Made by a program: the position numbers and the translations under genes. DNA of 36,784 nt from a virus (Duplodnaviria > Caudoviricetes), in IMG/VR virus record IMGVR_UViG_3300037419_000926, positions 1-36,784 of that record. One strand, given 5' to 3'. Positions 7,604-15,442 of the stretch are shown here, piece after piece. The stretch's first letter is position 1, and every line of letters begins with the position of its first letter. The notes beneath the pieces are model-generated. The model ran no database searches. It saw only the letters and a program-made list of their open reading frames with translations, and was not told the origin of the DNA.

Positions 7604-8496
7604 GCTGCGGCTCCTTCGGTGGGGGTGTCGTCGGCCGGCTCGTCGTCGGCGACGAGGTCGCGGTAGGCGTACGGGGGCAGGCCGACGCGGTGCACCACGG
7701 GCGCGTAGCCCGGCCAGACGCCGGACGTCATGCACTCGAGGTAGAGGCGGCGCGCCTCACGGTTCAGCTGCGCGCCGAGCGCGCGGGCGTCGTCGTCGAG
7801 CTCGACGAGCGACACGAGGTAGGGCGGTTCCTTCTCCTGCACGAGGAACAGGAACGCGTGCGGCTCGTCGAACAGGTCGTCAGCGAGGCCGCGATACCAC
7901 GGGTCCTGTGTGTGGTACCGCAGGCTGTGAGCGACCTTCCCGAACCGGCGGGGGTCGGCGGTGGTGCTCGTCTTGTAGTCGACGATGACGGGCCGGCCCG
8001 AGCGCAGCCGGGTGCGCCAGTCGAGCCGGGCGCGCAGCATGACGCTGGTCTCGGCGTCGCGGCCGAATAGCGATACCTCGGGCTCGCCAGCGGCGAGCAG
8101 CGCCCGAGCGACGTCGTGCTCGAGGAGCCGCGCGGCCATCGCGTCGATGACGTCGACCTCGGCCGGCTTGAGCACGGTCGCGCCGGCGGCCTGCTGTTCG
8201 GCGATCCACGCCTTCGCGTCGGTGGTGGACCATGCGCCGTTCTTCGCGCACAGGTCGGCGGGCACGGTGACGACGGGTGCGCCGATGCCGAGCACCTTCG
8301 CGTGCGCGGCCCGGCCCAGGTCGAGCGCCTTCGTCGACGGCCGCGGGTTGTCGAGGTCGTGCCGGAACTTGGCGGGGGAGTCGAGCAGCTTCTTCGCGCC
8401 GCTGTGCGACAGGCTTGTCTCGGGGACAGGGTCGGCGTGGTAGACGTCCTCGGGCAGGTCGAGGTGAACGCCCGGCTCCGTGATGATGATCGTCAC
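7600..8496 (-). CDS. recE: RecE/exonuclease VIII-like PD-(D/E)xK nuclease
   Basis: YHAD...SLSHSGAKKLL...GRAAHAKVL...EVSLF...RARLDW...IVDYKT...YHTQDPWY...VQEKEPPY. Coupled to recT. Confidence 0.9.
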   Translation of the reverse strand: MTIIITEPGVHLDLPEDVYHADPVPETSLSHSGAKKLLDSPAKFRHDLDNPRPSTKALDLGRAAHAKVLGIGAPVVTVPADLCAKNGAWSTTDAKAWIAEQQAAGATVLKPAEVDVIDAMAARLLEHDVARALLAAGEPEVSLFGRDAETSVMLRARLDWRTRLRSGRPVIVDYKTSTTADPRRFGKVAHSLRYHTQDPWYRGLADDLFDEPHAFLFLVQEKEPPYLVSLVELDDDARALGAQLNREARRLYLECMTSGVWPGYAPVVHRVGLPPYAYRDLVADDEPADDTPTEGAAA

Positions 8497-10169
8497 GCCG
8501 TCGCCCCGAGGAGCGTCTCGGCCACGGCGGCGATGAGGTCGCGAGCGGCGGGCGGGGTGACAGCGTTGCCAGCCATCTTGACCTGCTCGCGGCGGTTGCC
8601 GAGCATGACGTACTCGCCGGGGAAGGCCATGGCGCGCTTGCACTCGGCGGGCTCGAGCATCCGGAACAGGACGTCGTCGACCTGCGCGGCGGCCTTGGCG
8701 ATGTCGTCGGCGGTGAGGATCGACTGGTGTCCGGTCGTGGTGATGGTGCGGACGGGCTCGGTGGCGGGGGTGACCATCTCGGCGCCGCCGGTGTTGTGCC
8801 GCATGACGAGGGCCGTCGTGTCGTAGGTCGTCTGCGTCTTCATCGGCTCGACGCTGGGCCACGTCTGGCCGCCCCACTCGGCGCGCGTGATGAGGGCGTG
8901 CCGGTCGGTCGTCGTGACGGTGTCGAGGGCTTCGATGGCGGGCTTGGAGCTGTCGTTGTTGCCGTAGTACGAGGTGATGAGGGCGTGGTGGTTGCCCGAC
9001 GCGGTCACGGTCGCGAGCGGGTCGGCGACCTTGCGGGCGGTGGATCCGCCGCCGCGGAGCTCGGCGATGAACGGCGGGTGCGCGATGCCGGTCTCGAGGC
9101 GCGTGTTCTGCGTGCGCAGGGCCTCGGTGAGGGGCCGGGCCCGGTTGACGTCGGCGCGACCTTCGACCGGGACGGCGAGGGCCTTCGACTCGATGGTGTG
9201 TAGCGTCCGCAGCGGCTCGTCGGTCGACCAGGCGCGGTAGTAGGAGTTGGGGTTGCCGTGCTGTGGGTGCTTCGGGTCGGCTGCGTCGTAGGTTTTGCCC
9301 GCGGCCTCGAGGTGCAGCGGGCCCCAGTAGCGGGCGATCCCGGCGGCGATCCGGGCCCGGGTCTTGGGGGCGAGGGGTCTGGGCCGGTCGCCGATCCGTT
9401 CGCCCTTGAGGGTCCAGTCGATGATCGTCGAGGCGGGCAGCCACGCCGGCTCGAGGATGCTGTTGCGGCAGCGGACGTTCGGGCAGCGGTAGACGTACTG
9501 CGACCGGTAGCGGCCGACGATGGCGTCGGGCTTCTTGAACGACTGGACGGCCCGGACGACCTCGCCGCACTCGACGCACCACGCCCACGGGCGGGGCCGC
9601 ACGTCGGGGATCGGGTCGCCCTTGCGGGTGCAGACGAAGTAGACGCGGTCGCGGGACTGCGGGGCCGGGTCGCCGTTGCGCTGGGCGTGCATGCTGTTGA
9701 GCGACACGATCTGGACGTGGTAGCCGGCGGCCTGCAGCCCGGCCCGCCAGGCGGGGTAGAAGACCCAGTCGACGACCTCGACGACGTTCTCGACGATCAT
9801 CGCCCGGTACTGGTGCACCTCGGCGAAGCGCAGGACGTCCCACATCGTCGCCCGGGACCGCTCGGCAGCCTCGTCGGGCAGGGTTTCCTGCCACAGCTCG
9901 TCCTGCAAGCTCTGCCGCTTCTTGCCCTTGGCGCGCGAGTGGTTGGTGCACTCGGGGGAGGCCCAGAGGATGTCGGAGCGGCGGACGTAGCGAGGGTCGG
10001 TCTGGGAGATGTCGGCCTGGATGTGGTCGGCGTCGGGGTGGTTGCTGTTGTGGGTTTGGATGGCAAGGTCCCAGTGGTTCATCGCGGTGCGGACCTCGAT
10101 GCCGGGGACCTGGATGGCGCCGGTGCTGGAACCGCCAGCGCCGCAGAACATGTCGGTGAGGGTGAGCAT
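8493..10169 (-). CDS. DNA (cytosine-5) methyltransferase
   Basis: Motif I DMFCGAGG, catalytic SPEC, ENV, QSRDR and C-terminal GNAV. AAGGAG SD before ATG 10169. Confidence 0.93.
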   Translation of the reverse strand: MLTLTDMFCGAGGSSTGAIQVPGIEVRTAMNHWDLAIQTHNSNHPDADHIQADISQTDPRYVRRSDILWASPECTNHSRAKGKKRQSLQDELWQETLPDEAAERSRATMWDVLRFAEVHQYRAMIVENVVEVVDWVFYPAWRAGLQAAGYHVQIVSLNSMHAQRNGDPAPQSRDRVYFVCTRKGDPIPDVRPRPWAWCVECGEVVRAVQSFKKPDAIVGRYRSQYVYRCPNVRCRNSILEPAWLPASTIIDWTLKGERIGDRPRPLAPKTRARIAAGIARYWGPLHLEAAGKTYDAADPKHPQHGNPNSYYRAWSTDEPLRTLHTIESKALAVPVEGRADVNRARPLTEALRTQNTRLETGIAHPPFIAELRGGGSTARKVADPLATVTASGNHHALITSYYGNNDSSKPAIEALDTVTTTDRHALITRAEWGGQTWPSVEPMKTQTTYDTTALVMRHNTGGAEMVTPATEPVRTITTTGHQSILTADDIAKAAAQVDDVLFRMLEPAECKRAMAFPGEYVMLGNRREQVKMAGNAVTPPAARDLIAAVAETLLGATA

Positions 10170-10171
10170 GG

Positions 10172-10435
10172 TCAGGCTCCTTGGGGAAGGCGGGAAGGGG
10201 TGCGGCGTCGTCGGCTCAGGAGCTGGCCGCGGAGCTGCGTGCTGGCGCCTCCCCAGATCCCGAACTTCTCCCGGGTGTCGAGGGCGTAGGTCAGGCACTC
10301 GCGGGCGACGGGGCACTCGGCGCAGACGGCTTTCGCGGCGTCGACGGCCTCCTGCGTCTCCGTGACGGGGAACCACAGGTCGGGGTCGGGGTCGGTGGCG
10401 CACAGGCTGTCCTCGTGCCAGTCGAGCGAGATCAC
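10172..10435 (-). CDS. whiB: WhiB-family transcription factor
   Basis: C...DLWFP...AKAVCAECPVARECL...GIWGG with four Cys. Confidence 0.93.
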   Translation of the reverse strand: MISLDWHEDSLCATDPDPDLWFPVTETQEAVDAAKAVCAECPVARECLTYALDTREKFGIWGGASTQLRGQLLSRRRRTPSRLPQGA

Positions 10436-11091
10436 GACGTCGCCCCGGCGTGTGCGTGGCGGCGGTGGGCGGCGATCCCGGCGCCGGTCCTCGACGTGAC
10501 GCCGCAGTCCGGCTCGGGGCAGACGTGCAGGCTTTCGCGCTTGAGCTCGCGCAGCCGCGCCTCGAGCTGCTCGATCTCCTCGAGCCGCTTCCGCTCCTGC
10601 TCGCCCTTGGCGACCTCCTGGCGGACTCGTTCGACGCGGGCGAGGATGCGCTCGGCCTCGTTGCGGATCGACGCGAGCTTGTGCTTGCACGCCCAGGCGA
10701 GGAACGCGGCGAGCTCGGCGGGCGGGCCCGCTTCGCCGGTCTCCTCGGGGGCAGGGTCGCCGGCCGGGTATGCCTCGTCGGCGGCCTCGTCGAGCGGCGT
10801 CGGCTTGACGCCTCGGGCGGGGACGACGACCTCGGGGGCGTGCTCGCCGGGCTCGGCCGGCGCCGGGGCGTCGGGCCTCGCCGCGCCGATGAGCGCGTCG
10901 TCGAGGTCGAGGACGACGGGGTACGTGCCTTGCCGGGCGAGGCGGGCGCGTTCGGCGCGCATCTTCTCCTCGTACGGCCAGCCGAGCGCCGCCAGGATGG
11001 CGGGCACCTTCGGGCCCTTCGGGTCGCGGCCGGCGAGCACGTCGTCGAGCAGCTGGACGAGCGACGATGCGCGGGCGCTGTAGGCGGTCAT
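10432..11091 (-). CDS. Coiled-coil protein with C-terminal C2H2-type Zn finger
   Basis: Coiled-coil EQERKRLEEIEQLEARLRELK followed by CPEPDC-x12-H-x4-H. ATGA overlap at the start. Confidence 0.7.
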   Translation of the reverse strand: MTAYSARASSLVQLLDDVLAGRDPKGPKVPAILAALGWPYEEKMRAERARLARQGTYPVVLDLDDALIGAARPDAPAPAEPGEHAPEVVVPARGVKPTPLDEAADEAYPAGDPAPEETGEAGPPAELAAFLAWACKHKLASIRNEAERILARVERVRQEVAKGEQERKRLEEIEQLEARLRELKRESLHVCPEPDCGVTSRTGAGIAAHRRHAHAGATS

Positions 11092-11477
11092 GACGCGACC
11101 GCCTCGAGCTCGCGGGCGGCGGCCGCGCGGGCGGCGCCGATCTTGCCGCCGGTCGAGGAGTTGTCGCGGCCGCAGGCAGGCCGGATGTTCTCGCGGGCGT
11201 AGGTGCCGCCTTCGCAGCCGGGGACGATCCGGTCGACGGTGACGGTCTCGATGGTGAGTAGTTCGCCGCATCGATAGCAGCGGCACGCCATGCGCCAGCC
11301 GTCGCCGTAGAGCTCGCCTCGGCCGGCCGCGACCGGTGACTGCGCGACATCCTCGCCGTCTTCGCCGACGAGGATGTCGACCTCGGCGCGGTAGGTCTCG
11401 ACGAGCCACTCGCGCCGCCGCCGCCTGGCTGCGCTGTTGCCTCGGGCGTTGCCGTTGCTGGTGCTTCGGGGACTCAT
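11088..11477 (-). CDS. HNH-like protein (degenerate)
   Basis: CYRC...TVDRIVP...GGTY...NIRPACGRDN resembles the HNH fold, but R replaces the first His. Confidence 0.7.
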   Translation of the reverse strand: MSPRSTSNGNARGNSAARRRRREWLVETYRAEVDILVGEDGEDVAQSPVAAGRGELYGDGWRMACRCYRCGELLTIETVTVDRIVPGCEGGTYARENIRPACGRDNSSTGGKIGAARAAAARELEAVAS

Positions 11478-11641
11478 GCTGGCTTCACTCCCTGCGGGTC
11501 GTGTGGGTCGTCGGCGGGGCCGTGCTCGGCCTCGTGGGCGAGCTGCGCGGCGTAGGTGGCGCGCTCGTCGGGGTCGGTGGGCGCGAACGCCGCGGCTTCG
11601 TAGTTGTCGGCGAACCAGTCGCGGTCGGTGTGGCGCGTCAT
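11474..11641 (-). CDS. Hypothetical protein
   Basis: MTRHTDRDWFADNY..., with ATGA overlaps on both sides. Confidence 0.55.
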   Translation of the reverse strand: MTRHTDRDWFADNYEAAAFAPTDPDERATYAAQLAHEAEHGPADDPHDPQGVKPA

Positions 11642-11916
11642 GACGCCACGTCCTGCACGAGCCAGCCCTCGCGGAGGCCGCGCTCGAGGTCGCCGGGGCA
11701 GACCCACATGTCGGTCCCGTCGACGTGTGGCGCGGGCGTGAACGCGGCGTTCCCGCAGTGCGCGGCCTGGCAGCGGGGTGCGATGGCCGGCTGGGCGTCG
11801 ACGAGGGGTTGAGCCTCGGGCGGCGTCAGCCAACGGTCGAGGACGACCGCGACGGCGACGAGGATCGGCGCGACGACGAGGACGACGACCACGGACGCGA
11901 GGTAGGGGTCGGTCAT
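11638..11916 (-). CDS. Membrane-anchored hypothetical protein
   Basis: N-terminal hydrophobic helix, Cys-containing C-terminus and ATGA overlaps. Confidence 0.6.
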   Translation of the reverse strand: MTDPYLASVVVVLVVAPILVAVAVVLDRWLTPPEAQPLVDAQPAIAPRCQAAHCGNAAFTPAPHVDGTDMWVCPGDLERGLREGWLVQDVAS

Positions 11917-12131
11917 CGTCCGGCCGCCTCTCGGAGTCGGGCGATGGCGGCCCGGGCGCGGGCGATGCTGCTCGCGACCGTGAGCGCCTCGGCCCAGGTG
12001 GGGAAGTGGCCGTAGTCGCGGCGGCCGTCGAGGACGCCGAACCGGTCGGCGCGGCCGTCGGCGAGGCAGCGGCGGCAGACGTAGACGAACGGCTTCGCCG
12101 GCGGGACGGGTGCGGGCAGGGGCGCAATCAT
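11913..12131 (-). CDS. Hypothetical protein (CRRC, HFPTWAEAL)
   Basis: Tiles the operon with ATGA overlaps. Confidence 0.6.
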   Translation of the reverse strand: MIAPLPAPVPPAKPFVYVCRRCLADGRADRFGVLDGRRDYGHFPTWAEALTVASSIARARAAIARLREAAGR

Positions 12132-12319
12132 GACGGCGCTCCTGCCCCGTCGAGGGCCTCGGTGACGAGGTCGGGCTGCGCGTAGGCGAGGGTCCGCAGG
12201 GCGGTCTCGACGTCGGCGGGGTCGTGGGCGATGACGCGGTCGATCCGGTCGCGGAGTTCGGCGACCTGGCGGCGCATCGCGGCGGCGGTCTGCGGGTCGG
12301 TGCCTTCGTGGACGATCAC
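12128..12319 (-). CDS. Hypothetical protein
   Basis: GTGA-coupled helical ORF (VIVHEGTDPQ...). Confidence 0.55.
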   Translation of the reverse strand: MIVHEGTDPQTAAAMRRQVAELRDRIDRVIAHDPADVETALRTLAYAQPDLVTEALDGAGAPS

Positions 12320-12918
12320 GGCCGCACCAACTTGTACGCGCGGTCGAAGTCGGCCCAGGTCTCGGCGGTGCCGCCGTGGTCCGGATGTGCGTATCGGCGG
12401 GCGAGGCTGATGATGCGCTCGTCGGACGGAAGGTCGTCGGGACCGAGCCTCGCGAGGCGGCTCAGCACGCCCCACGCGTCGACCTCGGAGAGCGGCACGT
12501 CGGCAGGTGCCGACGAGAGCTCCTTCCATCCGGTGTACTGCTCGCCGCGCTTGGTGACGCCGTAGCGGTCGACCGCGCGGAGGGCCTCGAGGCCGAGGGC
12601 GATCGAGCGGACGTTGTGCTGCCAGAACGCGCACGAGTCGGTCGAGTAGACGAGCGGGCCGTACCTCGACTCGAAGGCGATCCGCACGCCGGGGTGCTCG
12701 GGCTGGCGGGCGTTCGCGCGGGGCATGCCGTCGAGCCGCAGGTCCTGCTCGCGGAAGTCGGCCTCGATGACGACGTCGCGCGCCTTGAGGTGCTCGAGCT
12801 CGCGGGCGAGCAGGTCGAGGGTGTCCTGCCATCCGGCCTTGAACGTCCAGCGGGAGCGGCGGGCGCTGGCCGGGGTCGACGCCTCGGCCCAGCGGAGAGG
12901 GCGGAAGGTGTAGTTCAT
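12316..12918 (-). CDS. Phage protein with C-terminal DnaJ-like J-domain
   Basis: WQHNVRSIALGLEALRAVDRYG...QYTGW core and C-terminal AHPDHGG containing the HPD motif. Confidence 0.8.
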   Translation of the reverse strand: MNYTFRPLRWAEASTPASARRSRWTFKAGWQDTLDLLARELEHLKARDVVIEADFREQDLRLDGMPRANARQPEHPGVRIAFESRYGPLVYSTDSCAFWQHNVRSIALGLEALRAVDRYGVTKRGEQYTGWKELSSAPADVPLSEVDAWGVLSRLARLGPDDLPSDERIISLARRYAHPDHGGTAETWADFDRAYKLVRP

Positions 12919-13079
12919 CGGGCCCGCCGCCTCGGGGTGTGGTCGGCGACCCAGCCGGCGCCGAGGATGGCGGCGCGGCAGGCGGCGACCGCGAGGACGA
13001 CGGCGACGGTCGCGACCCGCTCGACGCGCCGGTTCGTGGTGCGCTCGGCGCGGTACAGGTCGAAGTCGCGGCGGCTCAT
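12915..13079 (-). CDS. Small membrane protein
   Basis: Hydrophobic VATVAVVLAVAACRAAILGAGW segment and ATGA overlaps. Confidence 0.5.
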   Translation of the reverse strand: MSRRDFDLYRAERTTNRRVERVATVAVVLAVAACRAAILGAGWVADHTPRRRAR

Positions 13080-13342
13080 GACGACACCGCCGAGGCTGCG
13101 AGCATGTCGTGCGTGTCGATGTCGGCGAGGGCCCACGCCTCGTCGGGGGTGCGGGTGTCGTCCCAAGGGCCCATGAGCGGGGCCGGGTTGCCGCCTTCCC
13201 ACAGCGCGTCATCGTCGATCGGGATCGGGATCGCGCCCATGTGCCGCAGCGCGGTGAACGTGCCCTCGATGACCGCCTCGATGGGCGACACCGTGACGGC
13301 GGGACGCGGCGTACGGCGCCGGGCGATGTGGCGCGACATCAC
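13076..13342 (-). CDS. Hypothetical protein
   Basis: 88-aa ORF coupled on both sides. Confidence 0.55.
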   Translation of the reverse strand: MMSRHIARRRTPRPAVTVSPIEAVIEGTFTALRHMGAIPIPIDDDALWEGGNPAPLMGPWDDTRTPDEAWALADIDTHDMLAASAVSS

Positions 13343-13647
13343 TGTCCCCGGTCCTGCTTGTTGGCCGTGTCAGCGGCCGCGAGGATCTCGCAGGCGAGGC
13401 GGTCAGCGGCCCGCTCGAGGGCGCCGTCGCCGATGTCCCGGGCGATGCGGACCATGACGCTGCGGGCGTGGTGCAGCCACTCGGAACGCGTCTTGAGCTC
13501 GTCCTCGTAGAAGAATCCGGCGGCGTGGCCGTCGAGGAAGTTGACGCGGATGCGGCGGTCGGTGGTGCCGACGCGCTCGACGACGTCGCCGAGGACACCG
13601 CCGGGGATGACGACGCGCGTCCCGCGGGGGAACCGGTCGGCGCTCAT
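13339..13647 (-). CDS. Hypothetical protein (N-terminus looks like a small beta-barrel)
   Basis: FPRGTRVVIPGGVLGDVVE...IRVNF...FYEDEL pattern, with ATGA overlap. Confidence 0.6.
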   Translation of the reverse strand: MSADRFPRGTRVVIPGGVLGDVVERVGTTDRRIRVNFLDGHAAGFFYEDELKTRSEWLHHARSVMVRIARDIGDGALERAADRLACEILAAADTANKQDRGQ

Positions 13648-13889
13648 GACCGGCCACCACAGGCGCGGCGGACCTTCTTGCCGCGGCGGGCCTCGACCCG
13701 CAGGGCGGGCGTGTTCCGGTTGCTGTTCAGGTCGCGCAGGAACCGCGCGCCCTCCTCCTTCGTCATACCGACGATCGAGACGCCGTGACGCCGCTCCTGG
13801 CGCGTGCCGCCGAGCGGGGCCGCCGTCACGACGACGGTCGGCTTCGGTGCGTTGAGCACCGACGCGGGGGTCTGGGTGTGGTGTGCCAC
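13644..13889 (-). CDS. Hypothetical protein, first gene after the early leader
   Basis: AAGGAG SD before the GTG, coupled to the next gene. Confidence 0.55.
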   Translation of the reverse strand: MAHHTQTPASVLNAPKPTVVVTAAPLGGTRQERRHGVSIVGMTKEEGARFLRDLNSNRNTPALRVEARRGKKVRRACGGRS

Positions 13890-14055
13890 TAGACTGCTCC
13901 TTGAGTTGTGCGGCGGTCGGGTGTCTCTTGGCGGGGAGCCCGGCCGTTCGCGTTGTTGGGGGTGCGTGCTTGTGCACGTCGCGCCGCCCGCTAGGGGGGT
14001 GGGATGTCGCCCGCCGAGGGGGGATGTCGGCGAGCGGCGAGCGGCGCGACGGCGT

Positions 14056-14271
14056 CTACGTGGCCGCGTGCCGGACGCGGCGGCGGGTGGTGTTCTCCCT
14101 GCTGCGGCGGAACGCGACGATGTCCTCGCGGGCGATGAGCCAGCGGCCCGCGACCTTCTCGGCGCGCAGCTGGCCGGCGGCGATGTACCGGCGGACGGTG
14201 TCGGGGCGGCAGCGCCACTCGACAGCGAGCTCGACGACGTCGACCTCGGCCGGCGGCTGCGCGGCGGTCAT
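14056..14271 (-). CDS. xis: Excisionase-like / HTH_17 DNA-binding protein
   Basis: VVELAVEWRCRPDTVRRYIAAGQLRAEKVAGRWLI, directly after cro. Confidence 0.75.
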   Translation of the reverse strand: MTAAQPPAEVDVVELAVEWRCRPDTVRRYIAAGQLRAEKVAGRWLIAREDIVAFRRSRENTTRRRVRHAAT

Positions 14272-14483
14272 GACCGTGCGCCTTCGCGCCAGGCCGCGAG
14301 TGACTCCTCGAGGTGCTTCTGCGTGGCGGGGCTGATCTCGCGCTCGCCGCGCTCCCACATCGAGATCGTCGTCGCGCTGATCTCGGCCATTCGGGCGAGC
14401 TGTCGGACGCCGCAGCCGGCTCCGTCCCGCATGATCCGGAAGGCGGGGCCAGGCTTCAAAGTTCCCGAAGTTCCCGATCTCAT
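14268..14483 (-). CDS. cro: Cro-like XRE HTH repressor
   Basis: GVRQLARMAEISATTISMWERGEREIS HTH, divergent from cI. Confidence 0.8.
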   Translation of the reverse strand: MRSGTSGTLKPGPAFRIMRDGAGCGVRQLARMAEISATTISMWERGEREISPATQKHLEESLAAWREGARS

Positions 14484-14534
14484 GGGAGGAACCGTACGCC
14501 GTTTCGGTTACATCACACAAGTACCGGAGGATAC
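14461..14534 (-). promoter_or_regulatory. Early lytic promoter (probably leaderless) with operator-like sites
   Basis: The minus strand reads TTGTGT-18 bp-TACGGT-7 nt-ATG of cro. GTTCCCGAAGTTCC (14461) and GTTCCCGATCTCAT (14470) overlap the cro start, with a weaker copy at 14521. Confidence 0.6.
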
Positions 14535-14674
14535 GTATTTTCGGGAGGGGGAACGGACTCTAGAGGTTCGGGAGGAATGAGCCGGTCCGTTGTGGAAGGC
14601 TGTCTGTTGCGCAAGTGAGTGGTTCGGGTCGAAGAAACTCGACGCGGCCGTCAGGGTCGAAGGGTGGGACTTTC

Positions 14675-15016
14675 ATGGATGAGCTTCAGCGCGCCAGTTT
14701 CGGCGCACAGGTGAGGCGCGCGAGGCGCGAGCGAGGTTGGTCGCAAGCCGATCTCGCCCGCGAGGCGGGGATCGACGCGAAGACGCTGTCGAACATCGAG
14801 CAGGGCCGTGTCGCGCGGCCCGGCATCGTCAACGCGGTGCGCGACACGCTCGGTCTGGCGATGCCGGCCGCGGAGTCGACGCCAGACGCGGACGTCGCCC
14901 TGGTGCTCGACATGGTGCGGCGCTGGCTCGAGGCGGCGAGCGATCAGGTCGAGCTCAAGGATCGGATGCTGCGCCTCACGCGCGTCATGGTGCCGACGGG
15001 CTCGAGCGTCAACTAG
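14675..15016 (+). CDS. cI: Immunity repressor (XRE HTH)
   Basis: GAQVRRARRERGWSQADLAREAGIDAKTLSNIEQG HTH, divergent from cro and near the integrase. No S24 peptidase domain is visible. Confidence 0.82.
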   Translation: MDELQRASFGAQVRRARRERGWSQADLAREAGIDAKTLSNIEQGRVARPGIVNAVRDTLGLAMPAAESTPDADVALVLDMVRRWLEAASDQVELKDRMLRLTRVMVPTGSSVN

Positions 15017-15018
15017 AA

Positions 15019-15057
15019 CGGCCGGGCCGGTTCACGGGGAGGGAGCCGGCCCGGCCG
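15019..15057 (+). terminator. GC-rich hairpin immediately after the cI stop
   Basis: CGGCCGGGCCGG...CCGGCCCGGCCG 12-bp stem (extendable with one G-U pair), with no U-tract. Confidence 0.5.
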
Positions 15058-15280
15058 AGACGGCCCGGCTTGTGAGGGTTTTCACCCTACTGACCGGTAT
15101 CGGGTGCGAGTGTCCGATGCACGGCTTATGGTCTTCGCATCTGGCCGGCACCGACCCCTCCTTCGCCGGCGGATGTCATCGGGGGACGAGCACGCCGAGC
15201 GGAATCGGGGCCGCGACGCGCGCTCGATTCGCGCTTACTCCTGGTGTCTCAGCGCGGTTTGAACGGGTGGTGGCAGCGCG

Positions 15281-15442
15281 ATGCGTGGATGTGAGCTGAT
15301 GTGGGACGCCGACACGGCGGACCGCGTTCAGGCGTTGGTCGAGGAAGCGACGGGCCGGCCGTGCCCGTGCATGACCGGGCGAGGGTGCCCGCTCCTGTCG
15401 TCGATTCTTCCCGAGCTGGTCAGTCAGCCGCCGGCGGCGTAG
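15281..15442 (+). CDS. 53-aa Cys-rich protein (not in ORF track)
   Basis: MRGCELMWDADTADRVQALVEEATGRPCPCMTGRGCPLLSSILPELVSQPPAA fills the cI-int gap and overlaps the int 3' end by 19 bp. Confidence 0.5.
   Translation: MRGCELMWDADTADRVQALVEEATGRPCPCMTGRGCPLLSSILPELVSQPPAA

Noticed and set aside
7600-9951. 783-aa fusion ORF ending in RecE
   Set aside because: The upstream part is an off-frame read through the methyltransferase. RecE starts at the GTGA overlap at 8496.
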